A DNA stretch of 35,836 nucleotides from a virus (taxonomy: Duplodnaviria; Heunggongvirae; Uroviricota; Caudoviricetes): IMG/VR virus record IMGVR_UViG_2645727821_000018, one strand, 5' to 3'. The position numbers and the translations under genes were made by a program. A model generated the notes under the pieces. That model was not told the origin of the DNA and did not search any database. It saw nothing but the letters and a program-made list of their open reading frames with translations. Below are positions 16,517-26,805 of this stretch, piece by piece. Each line of letters begins with the position of its first letter. Positions within the stretch are counted from its first letter, which is position 1.

Positions 16517-16867
16517 ATGCCCCCACGAACCCCAAAAGCCTGCCGCGTTCGCGGCTGCCGCCAAACCACCACTGATCCGTCAGGCTATTGTGAAAGCCAC
16601 AAAAGCGAAGGCTGGAAACAATACAAGCCAGGACAATCCCGTCACCAGCGCGGCTACGGTTCGAAGTGGGATGTTATCCGCGCGCGCGTGCTGAAGCGTG
16701 ACAAAGGCCTGTGTCAGTTGTGCCTGCATGTCGGTGTGGTGCGTGAGGCGAAAACCGTTGACCACATCATCCCTAAAGCGCATGGCGGCACTGATGCAGA
16801 CTGCAATCTGCAGAGCCTGTGCTGGCCGTGTCATAAGGCGAAGACGGCCCGTGAACGACTGAAGTGA
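16517..16867 (+). CDS. HNH endonuclease (terminase-associated)
   Basis: Cys/His-rich HNH motif (CQLCLHVGVV ... VDHIIPKAHGG ... CWPCHKAKT); sits immediately upstream of the terminase genes. Confidence 0.85.
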   Translation: MPPRTPKACRVRGCRQTTTDPSGYCESHKSEGWKQYKPGQSRHQRGYGSKWDVIRARVLKRDKGLCQLCLHVGVVREAKTVDHIIPKAHGGTDADCNLQSLCWPCHKAKTARERLK

Positions 16868-16887
16868 TAATAATTCTCAACTTTCTG

Positions 16888-16952
16888 AGGGGAGGGGCGG
16901 GTCAAATCCCTGTGACCTGACGTCTTCCGGACTGCCCGCCCCATCGTTTTTT
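16888..16952 (+). other. GC-rich stem-loop with T-run between HNH and the terminase small subunit (terminator-like; candidate packaging region)
   Basis: GGGGCGGG (16893-16900) pairs with CCCGCCCC (16934-16941) around a structured loop, followed by TTTTTTTA. Confidence 0.35.
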
Positions 16953-16992
16953 TATACCCGCGAAAAATGAAATTTAACCAGGAGTGCCGCAT

Positions 16993-17487
16993 ATGGCTGG
17001 AACGGCGGGGCGTTCCGGGCGTCGCCCCAAGCCAACGGCGCGCAAGGCGCTGGCCGGAAACCCCGGCAAGCGAGCCCTGAACAAAGATGAACCTGTTTTT
17101 ACGCCCATCAAAGGTGTTGAGCCACCGGAGTGGTTCGCTGAAGAAGATCTCCCTCTCGCCACGATCATGTGGCAACTGACAACCAAAGAACTCTGCGGTC
17201 AGGGCCTGCTGTGCGTGACTGACCTCGCGGTGCTTGAGCGGTGGTGCGTGGCCTATGAGTTCTGGCGACGTGCTGTGAAAAATATTGCCATACAGGGCAA
17301 TACCATCACCGGCGCAATGGGCGGCAGGGTCAAAAATCCGGAGCTGACAGCCAAAAAAGAACAGGAGTCCGAGATGAGCAGCACGGGGGCAATGCTCGGA
17401 CTCGACCCCAGCAGCCGTCAGCGTCTGATTGGCCTGGCGGGGCAGAAGAAAGCCACTAACCCGTTTCTGAAAATCATCGAATCATGA
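16993..17487 (+). CDS. Terminase small subunit (P27 family)
   Basis: N-terminus [30 protein letters not shown] typical of P27-family TerS; AGGAG SD 8 nt upstream of the ATG at 16993. Confidence 0.85.
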   Translation: MAGTAGRSGRRPKPTARKALAGNPGKRALNKDEPVFTPIKGVEPPEWFAEEDLPLATIMWQLTTKELCGQGLLCVTDLAVLERWCVAYEFWRRAVKNIAIQGNTITGAMGGRVKNPELTAKKEQESEMSSTGAMLGLDPSSRQRLIGLAGQKKATNPFLKIIES

Positions 17488-19217
17488 GCCGGAAATCTTA
17501 CCCCAACGTAAATGCTGCCAATCAGTATGCCCGGGATGTCGTGCGCGGAAAGATTGTGGCCTGCCAGTTTGTGATTCAGGCCTGCCAGCGCCATCTTGAT
17601 GACCTGATGGCGGAAAAAAGTAAGTCGTTTCGTTACCGCTTCGACAAGGACCTGGCTGAACGGGCCGCCAAATTTATTCAGCTGTTGCCGCACACCAAGG
17701 GTGAGTGGGCATTTAAGAGGATGCCCATCACGCTGGAGCCGTGGCAGCTCTTTGTGATCTGCTGCGCGTTTGGCTGGGTCAATAAAGGCTCCCGGCTGCG
17801 CCGCTTCCGGGAGGTGTATACCGAAATCCCCCGTAAGAACGGCAAATCGGCAATCTCTGCCGGTGTTGCCCTGTATTGTTTTGCCTGTGATAACGAGTTT
17901 GGCGCGGAAGTGTATTCCGGTGCCACGACAGAGAAACAGGCGTGGGAAGTCTTTCGCCCGGCTCGACTGATGTGTAAACGCACACCCATGCTGACGGAAG
18001 CGTTCGGGATTGAGGTTAACGCCTCAAACATGAACCGTCCGGAGGATGGCGCGCGGTTTGAACCGCTGATCGGTAACCCCGGTGATGGTTCATCACCCCA
18101 CTGTGCGGTGGTGGATGAATATCACGAGCACGCCACCGATGCGCTTTACACCACGATGCTTACCGGGATGGGGGCGCGACGTCAGCCACTGATGTGGGCT
18201 ATCACCACCGCCGGGTACAACATTGAGGGGCCGTGCTACGACAAGCGGCGGGAAGTCATCGAGATGCTCAATGGCTCGGTGCCTAACGATGAACTGTTCG
18301 GGATCATCTATACCGTTGATGAAGGTGACGACTGGACCGACCCGCAGGTGCTGGAAAAAGCCAATCCAAATATTGGCGTGTCGGTTTATCGCGAATTTTT
18401 GTTAAGTCAGCAGCAGCGTGCGAAAAATAACGCCCGTCTGGCAAACGTCTTTAAAACAAAACACCTCAATATCTGGGTGTCGGCGCGTTCGGCGTATTTC
18501 AACCTGGTGAGCTGGCAGAGCTGCGAGGATAAATCACTGACCCTTGAGCAGTTCGAGGGGCAGCCGTGCATTCTGGCCTTTGACCTGGCGCGTAAGCTGG
18601 ATATGAACAGCATGGCGCGACTTTATACCCGCGAGATTGACGGTAAAACGCATTACTACAGTGTGGCCCCGCGTTTCTGGGTACCGTATGACACGGTGTA
18701 CAGCGTCGAGAAAAATGAAGATCGACGGACAGCCGAACGCTTTCAGAAATGGGTGGAAATGGGCGTTCTGACCGTTACCGATGGTGCGGAGGTGGATTAT
18801 CGCTACATCCTCGAGGAGGCCAAAGCGGCGAACAAAATCAGCCCGGTCAGTGAGTCACCCATCGACCCCTTCGGGGCGACCGGGTTGTCACATGACCTTG
18901 CTGATGAAGACCTGAACCCCATCACTATCATTCAGAACTACACCAACATGTCCGACCCGATGAAAGAGCTGGAAGCGGCAATTGAATCGGGGCGCTTTCA
19001 TCATGATGGCAATCCCATCATGACCTGGTGTATCGGCAACGTGGTCGGCAAAACCATTCCGGGTAACGATGATGTGGTGAAACCCGTCAAAGAGCAGGCG
19101 GAAAACAAAATCGATGGTGCAGTTGCGCTGATTATGGCGGTTGGCAGAGCCATGTTGTACGAGAAAGAAGACACGCTGTCTGACCACATTGAGTCCTACG
19201 GGATCCGCTCGCTTTAA
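17484..19217 (+). CDS. Terminase large subunit
   Basis: 577 aa; ATPase P-loop-like segment (PRKNGKS); canonical position between TerS and portal. Confidence 0.9.
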   Translation: MSRKSYPNVNAANQYARDVVRGKIVACQFVIQACQRHLDDLMAEKSKSFRYRFDKDLAERAAKFIQLLPHTKGEWAFKRMPITLEPWQLFVICCAFGWVNKGSRLRRFREVYTEIPRKNGKSAISAGVALYCFACDNEFGAEVYSGATTEKQAWEVFRPARLMCKRTPMLTEAFGIEVNASNMNRPEDGARFEPLIGNPGDGSSPHCAVVDEYHEHATDALYTTMLTGMGARRQPLMWAITTAGYNIEGPCYDKRREVIEMLNGSVPNDELFGIIYTVDEGDDWTDPQVLEKANPNIGVSVYREFLLSQQQRAKNNARLANVFKTKHLNIWVSARSAYFNLVSWQSCEDKSLTLEQFEGQPCILAFDLARKLDMNSMARLYTREIDGKTHYYSVAPRFWVPYDTVYSVEKNEDRRTAERFQKWVEMGVLTVTDGAEVDYRYILEEAKAANKISPVSESPIDPFGATGLSHDLADEDLNPITIIQNYTNMSDPMKELEAAIESGRFHHDGNPIMTWCIGNVVGKTIPGNDDVVKPVKEQAENKIDGAVALIMAVGRAMLYEKEDTLSDHIESYGIRSL

Positions 19218-19228
19218 CTGAGGTAATT

Positions 19229-19411
19229 ATGATCATGCTGATTCTCGCGCCTCTGGTGGGCGTGCTGGGTGCGCTTTTGCTGGCATATGGTGCCTGGCTG
19301 ATTTATCCCCCGGCGGGTTTTGTTGTTGCCGGGGCGCTGTGCCTGTTCTGGTCGTGGCTGGTGGCGCGATATCTCGATCGTACACAGCTGTCTGTCGGCG
19401 GAGGTAAATAG
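19229..19411 (+). CDS. Small hydrophobic protein (two predicted TM helices)
   Basis: 60-aa ORF with SD, between terminase and portal; almost entirely hydrophobic. Confidence 0.45.
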   Translation: MIMLILAPLVGVLGALLLAYGAWLIYPPAGFVVAGALCLFWSWLVARYLDRTQLSVGGGK

Positions 19412-20652
19412 TGTTCTTTTCGGGATTATTTCAACGAAAAAGTGACGCGCCGGTGACCACGCCAGCAGAGCTGGCGGAGGCTATCGGGCTGTCATACGAC
19501 ACCTATACCGGAAAGCAGATCAGCAGCCAGCGGGCCATGCGACTGACGGCGGTTTTTTCCTGCGTCAGGGTGCTGGCAGAGTCGGTCGGGATGTTGCCCT
19601 GCAATCTGTATCACCTGAACGGCAGCCTGAAACAGAGGGCCACCGGCGAACGTCTGCATAAGCTGATCTCCACGCATCCCAATGGCTATATGACGCCGCA
19701 GGAGTTCTGGGAGCTGGTGGTCACCTGTCTGTGCCTGCGGGGAAACTTTTACGCCTACAAAGTGAAAGCATTTGGCGAAGTGGCTGAACTGCTGCCCGTC
19801 GATCCTGGCTGTGTGGTACCGAAGCTTAACAGTAGCTGGGAGCCGGTCTATCAGGTCACATTCTCGGACGGCTCCACGGATGTGCTGAGCCAGGAAGATA
19901 TCTGGCATGTGCGCACGCTGACGCTGGACGGTCTGGTGGGGCTGAATCCCATCGCCTATGCCCGCGAGGCAATATCGCTGGCAGCTGCGACCGAAGAGCA
20001 CGGGGCCAGACTGTTCAGCAATGGTGCGGTGACGTCGGGTGTGTTGCGTACAGAGCAGACGCTGTCAGATCAGGCTTACGAGCGCCTGAAGAAAGATTTT
20101 GAGGAGCGTCACACCGGGCTTGGTAATGCTCACCGCCCGATGATCCTTGAGATGGGGCTGGACTGGAAGTCGATGGCGCTGAACGCCGAGGACAGCCAGT
20201 TCCTGGAAACCCGCAAGTTTCAGCTTGAAGAAATCTGTCGTCTGTTCCGGGTGCCGTTGCACATGGTGCAGAACACCGATCGCGCCACCTTCAACAATAT
20301 TGAAGAGCTGGGGCTGGGATTTATCAACTATTCACTGGTGCCGTATCTGACCCGCATCGAGCAGCGGATCAACACCGGACTGGTTCGAAAAAGTAAGCAG
20401 GGCGTTTATTACGCCAAATTTAACGCCGGGGCGTTACTGCGCGGGGATATGAAGTCCCGTTTTGAAGCCTACGCCACCGGGATTAACTGGGGAATTTACT
20501 CTCCCAATGACTGCCGCGACCTGGAAGATATGAATCCCCGTCCCGGTGGGGATGTCTATCTCACACCGATGAACATGACCACGAAACCCTCCGATGGCAG
20601 TAAAGCCGGTAAGCAGAAGGATAACGCCAATGCAGACGAAACAACGTCTTGA
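19411..20652 (+). CDS. Portal protein (HK97 family)
   Basis: 413 aa; matches the HK97-type portal in sequence features and in gene order with the downstream protease and capsid genes. GTG start after GGAGG. Confidence 0.9.
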   Translation: MFFSGLFQRKSDAPVTTPAELAEAIGLSYDTYTGKQISSQRAMRLTAVFSCVRVLAESVGMLPCNLYHLNGSLKQRATGERLHKLISTHPNGYMTPQEFWELVVTCLCLRGNFYAYKVKAFGEVAELLPVDPGCVVPKLNSSWEPVYQVTFSDGSTDVLSQEDIWHVRTLTLDGLVGLNPIAYAREAISLAAATEEHGARLFSNGAVTSGVLRTEQTLSDQAYERLKKDFEERHTGLGNAHRPMILEMGLDWKSMALNAEDSQFLETRKFQLEEICRLFRVPLHMVQNTDRATFNNIEELGLGFINYSLVPYLTRIEQRINTGLVRKSKQGVYYAKFNAGALLRGDMKSRFEAYATGINWGIYSPNDCRDLEDMNPRPGGDVYLTPMNMTTKPSDGSKAGKQKDNANADETTS

Positions 20653-21280
20653 TGTACCGCTGAGTCTGAAATCTGTCAGTGACTCCGGTGAGTTTGAAGG
20701 GTATGGCTCCGTCTTTGGTGTAAAGGACAGCCACGATGATGTGGTGATGTCCGGGGCATTTGCTGCTTCCCTGCGGGCGTGGAGTGACAGAAAAGCGTTA
20801 CCTGCGCTGCTCTGGCAGCACCGCATGGATGAACCCATCGGTGTTTACACCGAAATGAAGGAAGACGATGTCGGGCTTTACGTCAGGGGACGGTTGCTTA
20901 TTGATGATGATCCCCTCGCAAAACGCGCACATGCACACATGAAGGCCGGTTCGTTAACCGGCCTTTCTATTGGGTACGTCCTGAAAGACTGGGAATACGA
21001 CCGGAGCAAAGAAGCCTTTCTGCTGAAAGAAATCGACCTCTGGGAAGTCAGCCTGGTGACGTTCCCGTCTAACGACGAGGCGCGGATCAGCGACGTCAAG
21101 AACGCACTGGCCCGCGGGGAAATCCCCGAACAGAAAAAAATCGAAAGAGTCCTGCGTGATGTCGGACTCTCCCGTACCCAGGCCAAAGCATTCATGGCCG
21201 GGGGCTATGGCGCACTGTCCCTGCGCGACGCTGAGGATGTGGGCTCTGCACTGAATGCACTGAAAAATCTGAACTTCTAA
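20630..21280 (+). CDS. Prohead maturation protease (HK97 family)
   Basis: About 216 aa from the ATG at 20630; canonical position between portal and major capsid protein. Confidence 0.85.
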   Translation: MQTKQRLDVPLSLKSVSDSGEFEGYGSVFGVKDSHDDVVMSGAFAASLRAWSDRKALPALLWQHRMDEPIGVYTEMKEDDVGLYVRGRLLIDDDPLAKRAHAHMKAGSLTGLSIGYVLKDWEYDRSKEAFLLKEIDLWEVSLVTFPSNDEARISDVKNALARGEIPEQKKIERVLRDVGLSRTQAKAFMAGGYGALSLRDAEDVGSALNALKNLNF

Positions 21281-21294
21281 TCAGGAGAAATACG

Positions 21295-22500
21295 ATGGCG
21301 GTTGATATTAAAGATGTCGAACAGGTCGCGCAGGAGCTGCAGCAGAAGTTTGACGACTTCAAAGCAAAGAACGACAAGCGCGTGGATGCGATTGAGCAGG
21401 AAAAAGGCAAACTTGCCGGGCAGGTGGAAACCCTGAACGGGAAACTCAGCGAGCTGGAAAACCTCAAAAGCGATCTTGAAAAAGAGCTGCTTGAGCTGAA
21501 ACGTCCGGCAGGTGGTGCGCAAAATAAACTGGCCACCGAGCATAAAGAAGCGTTTGTGGGCTTCCTGCGTAAAGGCCGTGAAGATGGTCTGCGCGATCTG
21601 GAGCGCAAGGCATTGCAGGTGGGCACCGATGAAGACGGCGGCTATGCCGTGCCGGAAGCACTGGATCGCAACATTCTCACCCTGCTGAAAGATGAAGTGG
21701 TGATGCGCCAGGAAGCCACGGTGATCACCGTTGGTGGTTCCGACTACAAAAAACTGGTGAATCTGGGCGGCACGGCTTCCGGATGGGTTGGCGAGACTGA
21801 CGCGCGCTCCCAGACTGCCACCTCAAAACTGGGCCTGATTGAACCTTTCATGGGGGAAATCTACGGTAACCCGCAGGCCACCCAGAAAATGCTGGATGAT
21901 GCCTTTTTCAACGTGGAAGCATGGATCAACAGCGAGCTGGCAACCGAATTTGCCGAACAGGAAGAAATTGCCTTTACCACCGGCGATGGTACCAAGAAGC
22001 CGAAAGGGTTCCTGGCGTATGAATCCACTGATGAAACCGATAAGGTCCGGGCGTTCGGCAAACTTCAGCATATTGTATCCGGCGAAGCGACGGCGGTGAC
22101 CGCAGACGCCATTATCAAACTGATTTACACGCTGCGTAAGGCACACCGCACTGGCGCGAAGTTCATGATGAACAACAACAGCCTGTTTGCCATCCGTCTG
22201 CTTAAAGACAGCGAGGGTAACTATCTGTGGCGTCCGGGGCTGGAACTGGGGCAGCCGTCCTCTCTGGCGGGTTACGGTATCGCTGAAAACGAACAGATGC
22301 CGGATATCGCCGCTGATGCGAAAGCCATTGCATTTGGTAACTTCAAACGGGGTTACACCATCGTTGACCGTATCGGCACCCGCATTCTGCGTGACCCGTA
22401 CACCAATAAACCGTTTGTCGGTTTTTATACCACCAAGCGCACCGGCGGGATGCTGGTCGATTCGCAGGCCATCAAACTGCTGAAGATTGCAGCGGCGTAA
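21295..22500 (+). CDS. Major capsid protein (HK97 fold) with N-terminal coiled-coil delta domain
   Basis: 401 aa; N-terminal heptad-rich region (KLAGQVETLNGKLSELENLKSDLEKELLELK) followed by the capsid domain. Confidence 0.95.
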   Translation: MAVDIKDVEQVAQELQQKFDDFKAKNDKRVDAIEQEKGKLAGQVETLNGKLSELENLKSDLEKELLELKRPAGGAQNKLATEHKEAFVGFLRKGREDGLRDLERKALQVGTDEDGGYAVPEALDRNILTLLKDEVVMRQEATVITVGGSDYKKLVNLGGTASGWVGETDARSQTATSKLGLIEPFMGEIYGNPQATQKMLDDAFFNVEAWINSELATEFAEQEEIAFTTGDGTKKPKGFLAYESTDETDKVRAFGKLQHIVSGEATAVTADAIIKLIYTLRKAHRTGAKFMMNNNSLFAIRLLKDSEGNYLWRPGLELGQPSSLAGYGIAENEQMPDIAADAKAIAFGNFKRGYTIVDRIGTRILRDPYTNKPFVGFYTTKRTGGMLVDSQAIKLLKIAAA

Positions 22501-22507
22501 TCACTCA

Positions 22508-22527
22508 GGGGCGCGGAACCGCGCCCC
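22508..22527 (+). terminator. Stable hairpin directly after the capsid gene (attenuator or weak terminator)
   Basis: 8-bp GC stem GGGGCGCG / CGCGCCCC with a GAAC loop; the downstream U-tract is weak. Confidence 0.4.
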
Positions 22528-22549
22528 CTGTTCTGACGGGTGAAGAATC

Positions 22550-22750
22550 ATGATCCTGAAACAAGATCTGAAATGGTCACCGGACGGTATGCGTGTTGAG
22601 GTCATTCGGGCCGGTGAGTATGACGATGGGGCGCTTCCTGCCCGGGTGCAGGAGATTGCACTTCAGGCCGGGTTAGCAGAGCGCGGAATCAGTGCAAAAA
22701 GCAGTAAAGCGGCAAAAGAGAAAAAAGCCACGACCAGTAAAGAGGGCTGA
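22550..22750 (+). CDS. Hypothetical small head-module protein
   Basis: 66-aa ORF between the capsid and connector genes; lysine-rich C-terminus. Confidence 0.4.
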   Translation: MILKQDLKWSPDGMRVEVIRAGEYDDGALPARVQEIALQAGLAERGISAKSSKAAKEKKATTSKEG

Positions 22751-22752
22751 GT

Positions 22753-23076
22753 ATGCTTCTGACAATGGAAGAGATTAAAGCCCAACTCCGGCTGGATGAG
22801 GATTTCGATGCTGATGACCGCCATCTGCAACTGCTGGCCTGTGCGGCACAAAAGCGGACGGAAACGTATCTGAACCGGAAGCTCTATGCACCGGATGAAA
22901 CCATTCCGGACAGCGATCCGGACGGGCTGCACCTGCCGGATGATATTCGTCTGGGGATGCTGATGCTTATCAGCCATTTTTACGAAAACCGCTCGTCGGT
23001 TACGGAAGTGGAGAAACTCGACATGCCGCAGAGTTTTGGCTGGCTTGTCGGCCCGTACAGGTACTTTCCGCAATGA
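22753..23076 (+). CDS. Head-tail connector protein (gp6-like)
   Basis: 107 aa; size, position and sequence character of the gp6-like head-tail connector family; AGAGGG SD. Confidence 0.75.
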   Translation: MLLTMEEIKAQLRLDEDFDADDRHLQLLACAAQKRTETYLNRKLYAPDETIPDSDPDGLHLPDDIRLGMLMLISHFYENRSSVTEVEKLDMPQSFGWLVGPYRYFPQ

Positions 23077-23483
23077 AAATTCGTCAGGCGCAGACCAGCG
23101 CAACCTACATTCTGCCGGACCCCGGTGAACTGAATAAACGCGTCCTGATCCGCCTGCGGGTGGATATGCCCGCGGATAACTTTGGCGTGGAGCCTCAATA
23201 CCTGATTACGTTCCGGACATGGGCGAAGGTTATCCAGACCAGTGCCACCACCTGGCAGGAAACCGCGCAGACCGGGGACGCCATCACCCATTACATCACC
23301 ATTCGTTACCGCCGGGGGATTACCGCTGATTATGAGGTGGTCTGCGGTGACAGTGTGTACCGGGTGAAACGTCAGCGCGATCTGAACGGGGCGCGGCGCT
23401 TTCTGCTGCTGGAGTGTACGGAGCTGGGCGAATGTAGGCAGAGTCACGGAGGCAACAATGACGACTTCCTTTTTGCACGTTGA
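23073..23483 (+). CDS. Head closure / head-tail adaptor protein
   Basis: 136-aa ORF overlapping its neighbours in the head-completion block. Confidence 0.7.
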   Translation: MKIRQAQTSATYILPDPGELNKRVLIRLRVDMPADNFGVEPQYLITFRTWAKVIQTSATTWQETAQTGDAITHYITIRYRRGITADYEVVCGDSVYRVKRQRDLNGARRFLLLECTELGECRQSHGGNNDDFLFAR

Positions 23484-23964
23484 TTTTCAGCAGCCCGCGG
23501 AGATGCGCTTTAACCGCGCCCGTGTCCGGCGGGCGTTTGTCACGATTGGTCAGCGTCATATGCGTGATGCCCGTCGGCTGGTGATGCGCCGTGCGCGGTC
23601 GGCACCGGGTGAAAACCCCGGTTATCAGACCGGACGCCTGGCTCGTTCGATTGGTTACATGGTACCCAGAGCCAGTAAACATCGCCCTGGTTTTATGGCA
23701 CGTATAGCCCCTAACCAGCGTAATGGAGAGGGAAACCGCCGTATCACCGGTGATTTTTATCCGGCTTTTTTGTTCTATGGCGTGAGGCGAGGGGCAAAGC
23801 GTCGTCGCAGCCATCATCGTGGTGCATCCGGTGGCAGCGGCTGGCGACTGGCTCCACGTAATAACTTTATGGTGGAAACGCTTGAAAAGAACCGCAGCTG
23901 GACACGCTATTTTCTGGCGCGGGAATTACGTAAATCACTGAAGCCGGAGCGACGACGCAGATGA
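23458..23964 (+). CDS. HK97 gp10-family head-tail joining protein
   Basis: 168 aa, basic, with arginine-rich segments; position after the head closure gene. Confidence 0.7.
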   Translation: MTTSFLHVDFQQPAEMRFNRARVRRAFVTIGQRHMRDARRLVMRRARSAPGENPGYQTGRLARSIGYMVPRASKHRPGFMARIAPNQRNGEGNRRITGDFYPAFLFYGVRRGAKRRRSHHRGASGGSGWRLAPRNNFMVETLEKNRSWTRYFLARELRKSLKPERRRR

Positions 23965-24521
23965 AACTGACGCCTGTTATTGCTGCGCTGCGTGCCCGCT
24001 GCCCGTATTTTGAAAACCGGGTGGCAGGCGCGGCACAGTTCAAAAATCTGCCGGAGGTCGGAAAGCTGAGACTCCCGGCGGCATATGTGGTACCGGGTGA
24101 TGACTCTCCGGGAGAAAACAAAAGCCAGACCGACTACTGGCAGGAGCTGAAAGAGGGCTTCTCCGTGGTTGTCATACTGAGTAACGGACGTGATGAGCGC
24201 GGTCAGTTTGCCTCGTATGATGTGGTGGACGATGTCCGGCAGATGCTCTTTAAGGCCCTGCTGGGCTGGAACCCGGAAGCGTGCGGTAACCCGATTACCT
24301 ATGACGGCGGCACGCTGCTGGATCTGAATCGTCATGAGCTGATTTATCAGTTCGATTTTTCGGTCATCAGAGAGCTGACCGAAGACGATACCCGCCAGCA
24401 GGATGACCTGAACAGTCTGGATGAACTGCGAACGCTGGCGATTGATGTTGATTATCTCGATCCCGGTAACGGGTCTGACGGCGATATCGAACATCACACC
24501 GAAATACCCCTTCCTTCCTGA
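23961..24521 (+). CDS. Tail protein preceding the sheath gene (tail terminator or sheath-stabiliser-like; position-inferred)
   Basis: 186-aa ORF immediately upstream of the sheath/tube genes. Confidence 0.5.
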   Translation: MKLTPVIAALRARCPYFENRVAGAAQFKNLPEVGKLRLPAAYVVPGDDSPGENKSQTDYWQELKEGFSVVVILSNGRDERGQFASYDVVDDVRQMLFKALLGWNPEACGNPITYDGGTLLDLNRHELIYQFDFSVIRELTEDDTRQQDDLNSLDELRTLAIDVDYLDPGNGSDGDIEHHTEIPLPS

Positions 24522-24529
24522 GGATCATC

Positions 24530-24700
24530 ATGTTTGTGAAACCTGTTAAAGGGCGGTCAGTGCCTGACCCTGCCCGCGGCGACCTTTTGCCCGCCGAAGG
24601 GCGAAATGTTGATGAGAACAACTACTGGCTGCGCCGTGAAGCAGCGGGTGATATCCGGCGCGTGAATAAAAAGGTGAACACCGATGACGATAAGCTTTAA
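24530..24700 (+). CDS. Small conserved tail-module protein (DUF2635-like), absent from the ORF track
   Basis: 56-aa ORF found by reading the DNA (MFVKPVKGRSVPDPARGDLLPAEGRNVDENNYWLRREAAGDIRRVNKKVNTDDDKL); SD GAGGA 5 nt upstream of the ATG at 24530; overlaps the sheath start. Confidence 0.55.
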   Translation: MFVKPVKGRSVPDPARGDLLPAEGRNVDENNYWLRREAAGDIRRVNKKVNTDDDKL

Positions 24701-26180
24701 CACCATTCCGTCGAATACGCTGGTTCCGCTGTTTTATGCGGAAATGGATAACCAGGCTGCGAATACTGCACAGGACAGCGGAGCATCGCTGCTGATTGGT
24801 CATGCCAATAACGGTGCAGAGATTGTTGCCAACAGTCTGGTACTGATGCCGTCGGCAGACTATGCACGCCAGATTTGTGGTGCGGGAAGTCAGCTGGCGC
24901 GTATGGTCGAGGCTTATCGCCAGACTGACCCGTTTGGCGAGCTGTATGTGATTGCCGTTCCTGAATCCACAGGCGCGGCGGCAACGGTTACGCTGACGGT
25001 GACCGGGGCGGCAACCGAAACCGGCACGGTGAATGTGTATGTGGGACGTACCCGCGTGCAGGTACCGGTGACTAACGGCGATAACGTTACGATGATTGCC
25101 AGCAGTATCCAGGATGCCATCAATGCCGTTCCGACCCTGCCGTTTACGGCTTCATCTTCGGCAGGCGTGGTCACACTGACCGCGCGTCATAAGGGGCTTT
25201 GCGGGAATGAAATTCCTGTCAGCCTCAATTACTACGGCTTTGGTGGGGGCGAAGTGCTGCCAGCGGGCGTACAGATTGCCGTGGTGACGGGTACCGCCGG
25301 AACGGGTGCTCCGGTTCTCACCGGCGCTGTGGCTGCAATGGCGGATGAGCCGTTTGATTATATCGGCCTGCCGTTCAACGACACGGCCTCCGTTAACACG
25401 CTGGTGACCGAGATGAACGATACCAGCGGTCGCTGGAGCTATGCGCGTCAGCTGTATGGTCATGTGTATACGGCAAAGACCGGCACGCTGTCAGAACTGG
25501 TGACCGCAGGTGACCAGTTTAACCAGCAGCACATTACCCTGGCGGGGTACGAAAAAGACACCCAGACGCCTGCCGACGAGCTGGCGGCAAGCCGTACCGC
25601 CCGCGCAGCGGTGTTTATCCGCAACGATCCGGCACGTCCCACGCAGACCGGTGAGCTGGTGGGTATGCTGCCTGCGCCGAAGGGGAAACGGTTCACGATG
25701 ACCGAACAAAAGACCCTGCTGTCTCATGGCGTGGCAACGGCGTATGTCGAAAGCGGGGTACTGCGCATTCAGCGTGATGTCACCACGTACAGGAAAAACG
25801 CTTACGGGGTTGCGGATAACAGCTACCTCGACAGCGAGACGCTGCATACCAGTGCGTATGTACTGCGCAAACTGAAATCCGTCATTACCAGTAAGTACGG
25901 GCGTCACAAGCTTGCCAGCGACGGTACCCGCTTTGGTCCCGGTCAGGCGATTGTCACCCCGGCGGTGATCAAAGGGGAACTGCTGGCAACCTACCGTCAG
26001 CTTGAGCGTGCGGGGATCGTGGAAAACTACGAACTTTTTAAGCAGTACCTGGTTGTGGAGCGTGATGCCAGCGATCCGAACCGCCTGAACACGCTGTTCC
26101 CGCCTGACTATGTTAACCAGTTGCGTGTCTTTGCCGTGGTTAACCAGTTCCGTCTTCAGTATTCAGAGGAGTCCGCATAA
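24684..26180 (+). CDS. Contractile tail sheath protein
   Basis: 498 aa; followed by a 118-aa tube gene, a frameshifted chaperone pair and the tape measure, the canonical myovirus order. Confidence 0.85.
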   Translation: MTISFNTIPSNTLVPLFYAEMDNQAANTAQDSGASLLIGHANNGAEIVANSLVLMPSADYARQICGAGSQLARMVEAYRQTDPFGELYVIAVPESTGAAATVTLTVTGAATETGTVNVYVGRTRVQVPVTNGDNVTMIASSIQDAINAVPTLPFTASSSAGVVTLTARHKGLCGNEIPVSLNYYGFGGGEVLPAGVQIAVVTGTAGTGAPVLTGAVAAMADEPFDYIGLPFNDTASVNTLVTEMNDTSGRWSYARQLYGHVYTAKTGTLSELVTAGDQFNQQHITLAGYEKDTQTPADELAASRTARAAVFIRNDPARPTQTGELVGMLPAPKGKRFTMTEQKTLLSHGVATAYVESGVLRIQRDVTTYRKNAYGVADNSYLDSETLHTSAYVLRKLKSVITSKYGRHKLASDGTRFGPGQAIVTPAVIKGELLATYRQLERAGIVENYELFKQYLVVERDASDPNRLNTLFPPDYVNQLRVFAVVNQFRLQYSEESA

Positions 26181-26536
26181 TGGCCCGTATCGGGGGAACC
26201 TGTTATTTCAAAATTGACGGTCAGCAGCTATCGCTGACCGGCGGCATTGAGGTGCCCATGAACAGGACGGTCAATGATGACATCATCGGCCTGGACGGTT
26301 CAGTGGACCGCAAGGAAACTCACCGTGCGCCTTATGTTAAAGGGACCTTCAAGGTGCCGAAGAATTTTCCGGTGAGCAAAATCACCTCGTCTGATGAGAT
26401 GACCATCACTGCCGAGCTGGCGAACGGTCAGGTCTATGTACTGTCGTCTGCCTGGCTGCACGGCGAAGCGAACCATAATGCCGAAGAAGGGACGGTTGAT
26501 CTTGAGTTCCACGGTGAAGAAGGGGATTACCAGTAA
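26180..26536 (+). CDS. Tail tube protein
   Basis: 118 aa, directly after the sheath gene. Confidence 0.85.
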   Translation: MARIGGTCYFKIDGQQLSLTGGIEVPMNRTVNDDIIGLDGSVDRKETHRAPYVKGTFKVPKNFPVSKITSSDEMTITAELANGQVYVLSSAWLHGEANHNAEEGTVDLEFHGEEGDYQ

Positions 26537-26805
26537 TGAAAGAGCTTGAGTTAAAGAAACCGATTACCGCTCATGGCGAGACACTCTCCGTACTGGAGTT
26601 TGATGAGCCCACCGGGAAAGATGTCCGCGAGCTGGGGTATCCCTACCAGATGAATCAGGATGAGTCCGTCAGACTTCTGGCGCATGTGGTATCGAAATAC
26701 ATTGTGCGGCTGGCGAAAGTGCCGCAAAACTCTGTCGACCAGATGTCTCCGGCAGACCTGAATGCTGCGGCGTGGCTTGTGGCTGGTTTTTTCCTCCAGG
26801 CCTGA
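26536..26805 (+). CDS. Tail assembly chaperone (G-like, short form)
   Basis: 89 aa upstream of the tape measure; contains a slippery heptamer near its 3' end. Confidence 0.7.
   Translation: MKELELKKPITAHGETLSVLEFDEPTGKDVRELGYPYQMNQDESVRLLAHVVSKYIVRLAKVPQNSVDQMSPADLNAAAWLVAGFFLQA

Noticed and set aside
21192-22483. ORFs overlapping the major capsid gene, including a 144-aa Ser/Arg-rich antisense ORF
   Set aside because: Low-complexity translations inside a confidently assigned capsid gene. Shadow ORFs.
23320-24984. Long antisense ORFs (165, 196, 84, 85 and 95 aa) in the head-completion and tail-sheath region
   Set aside because: Antisense to a tightly packed, translationally coupled late operon. 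Arg-rich compositions and no RBS.
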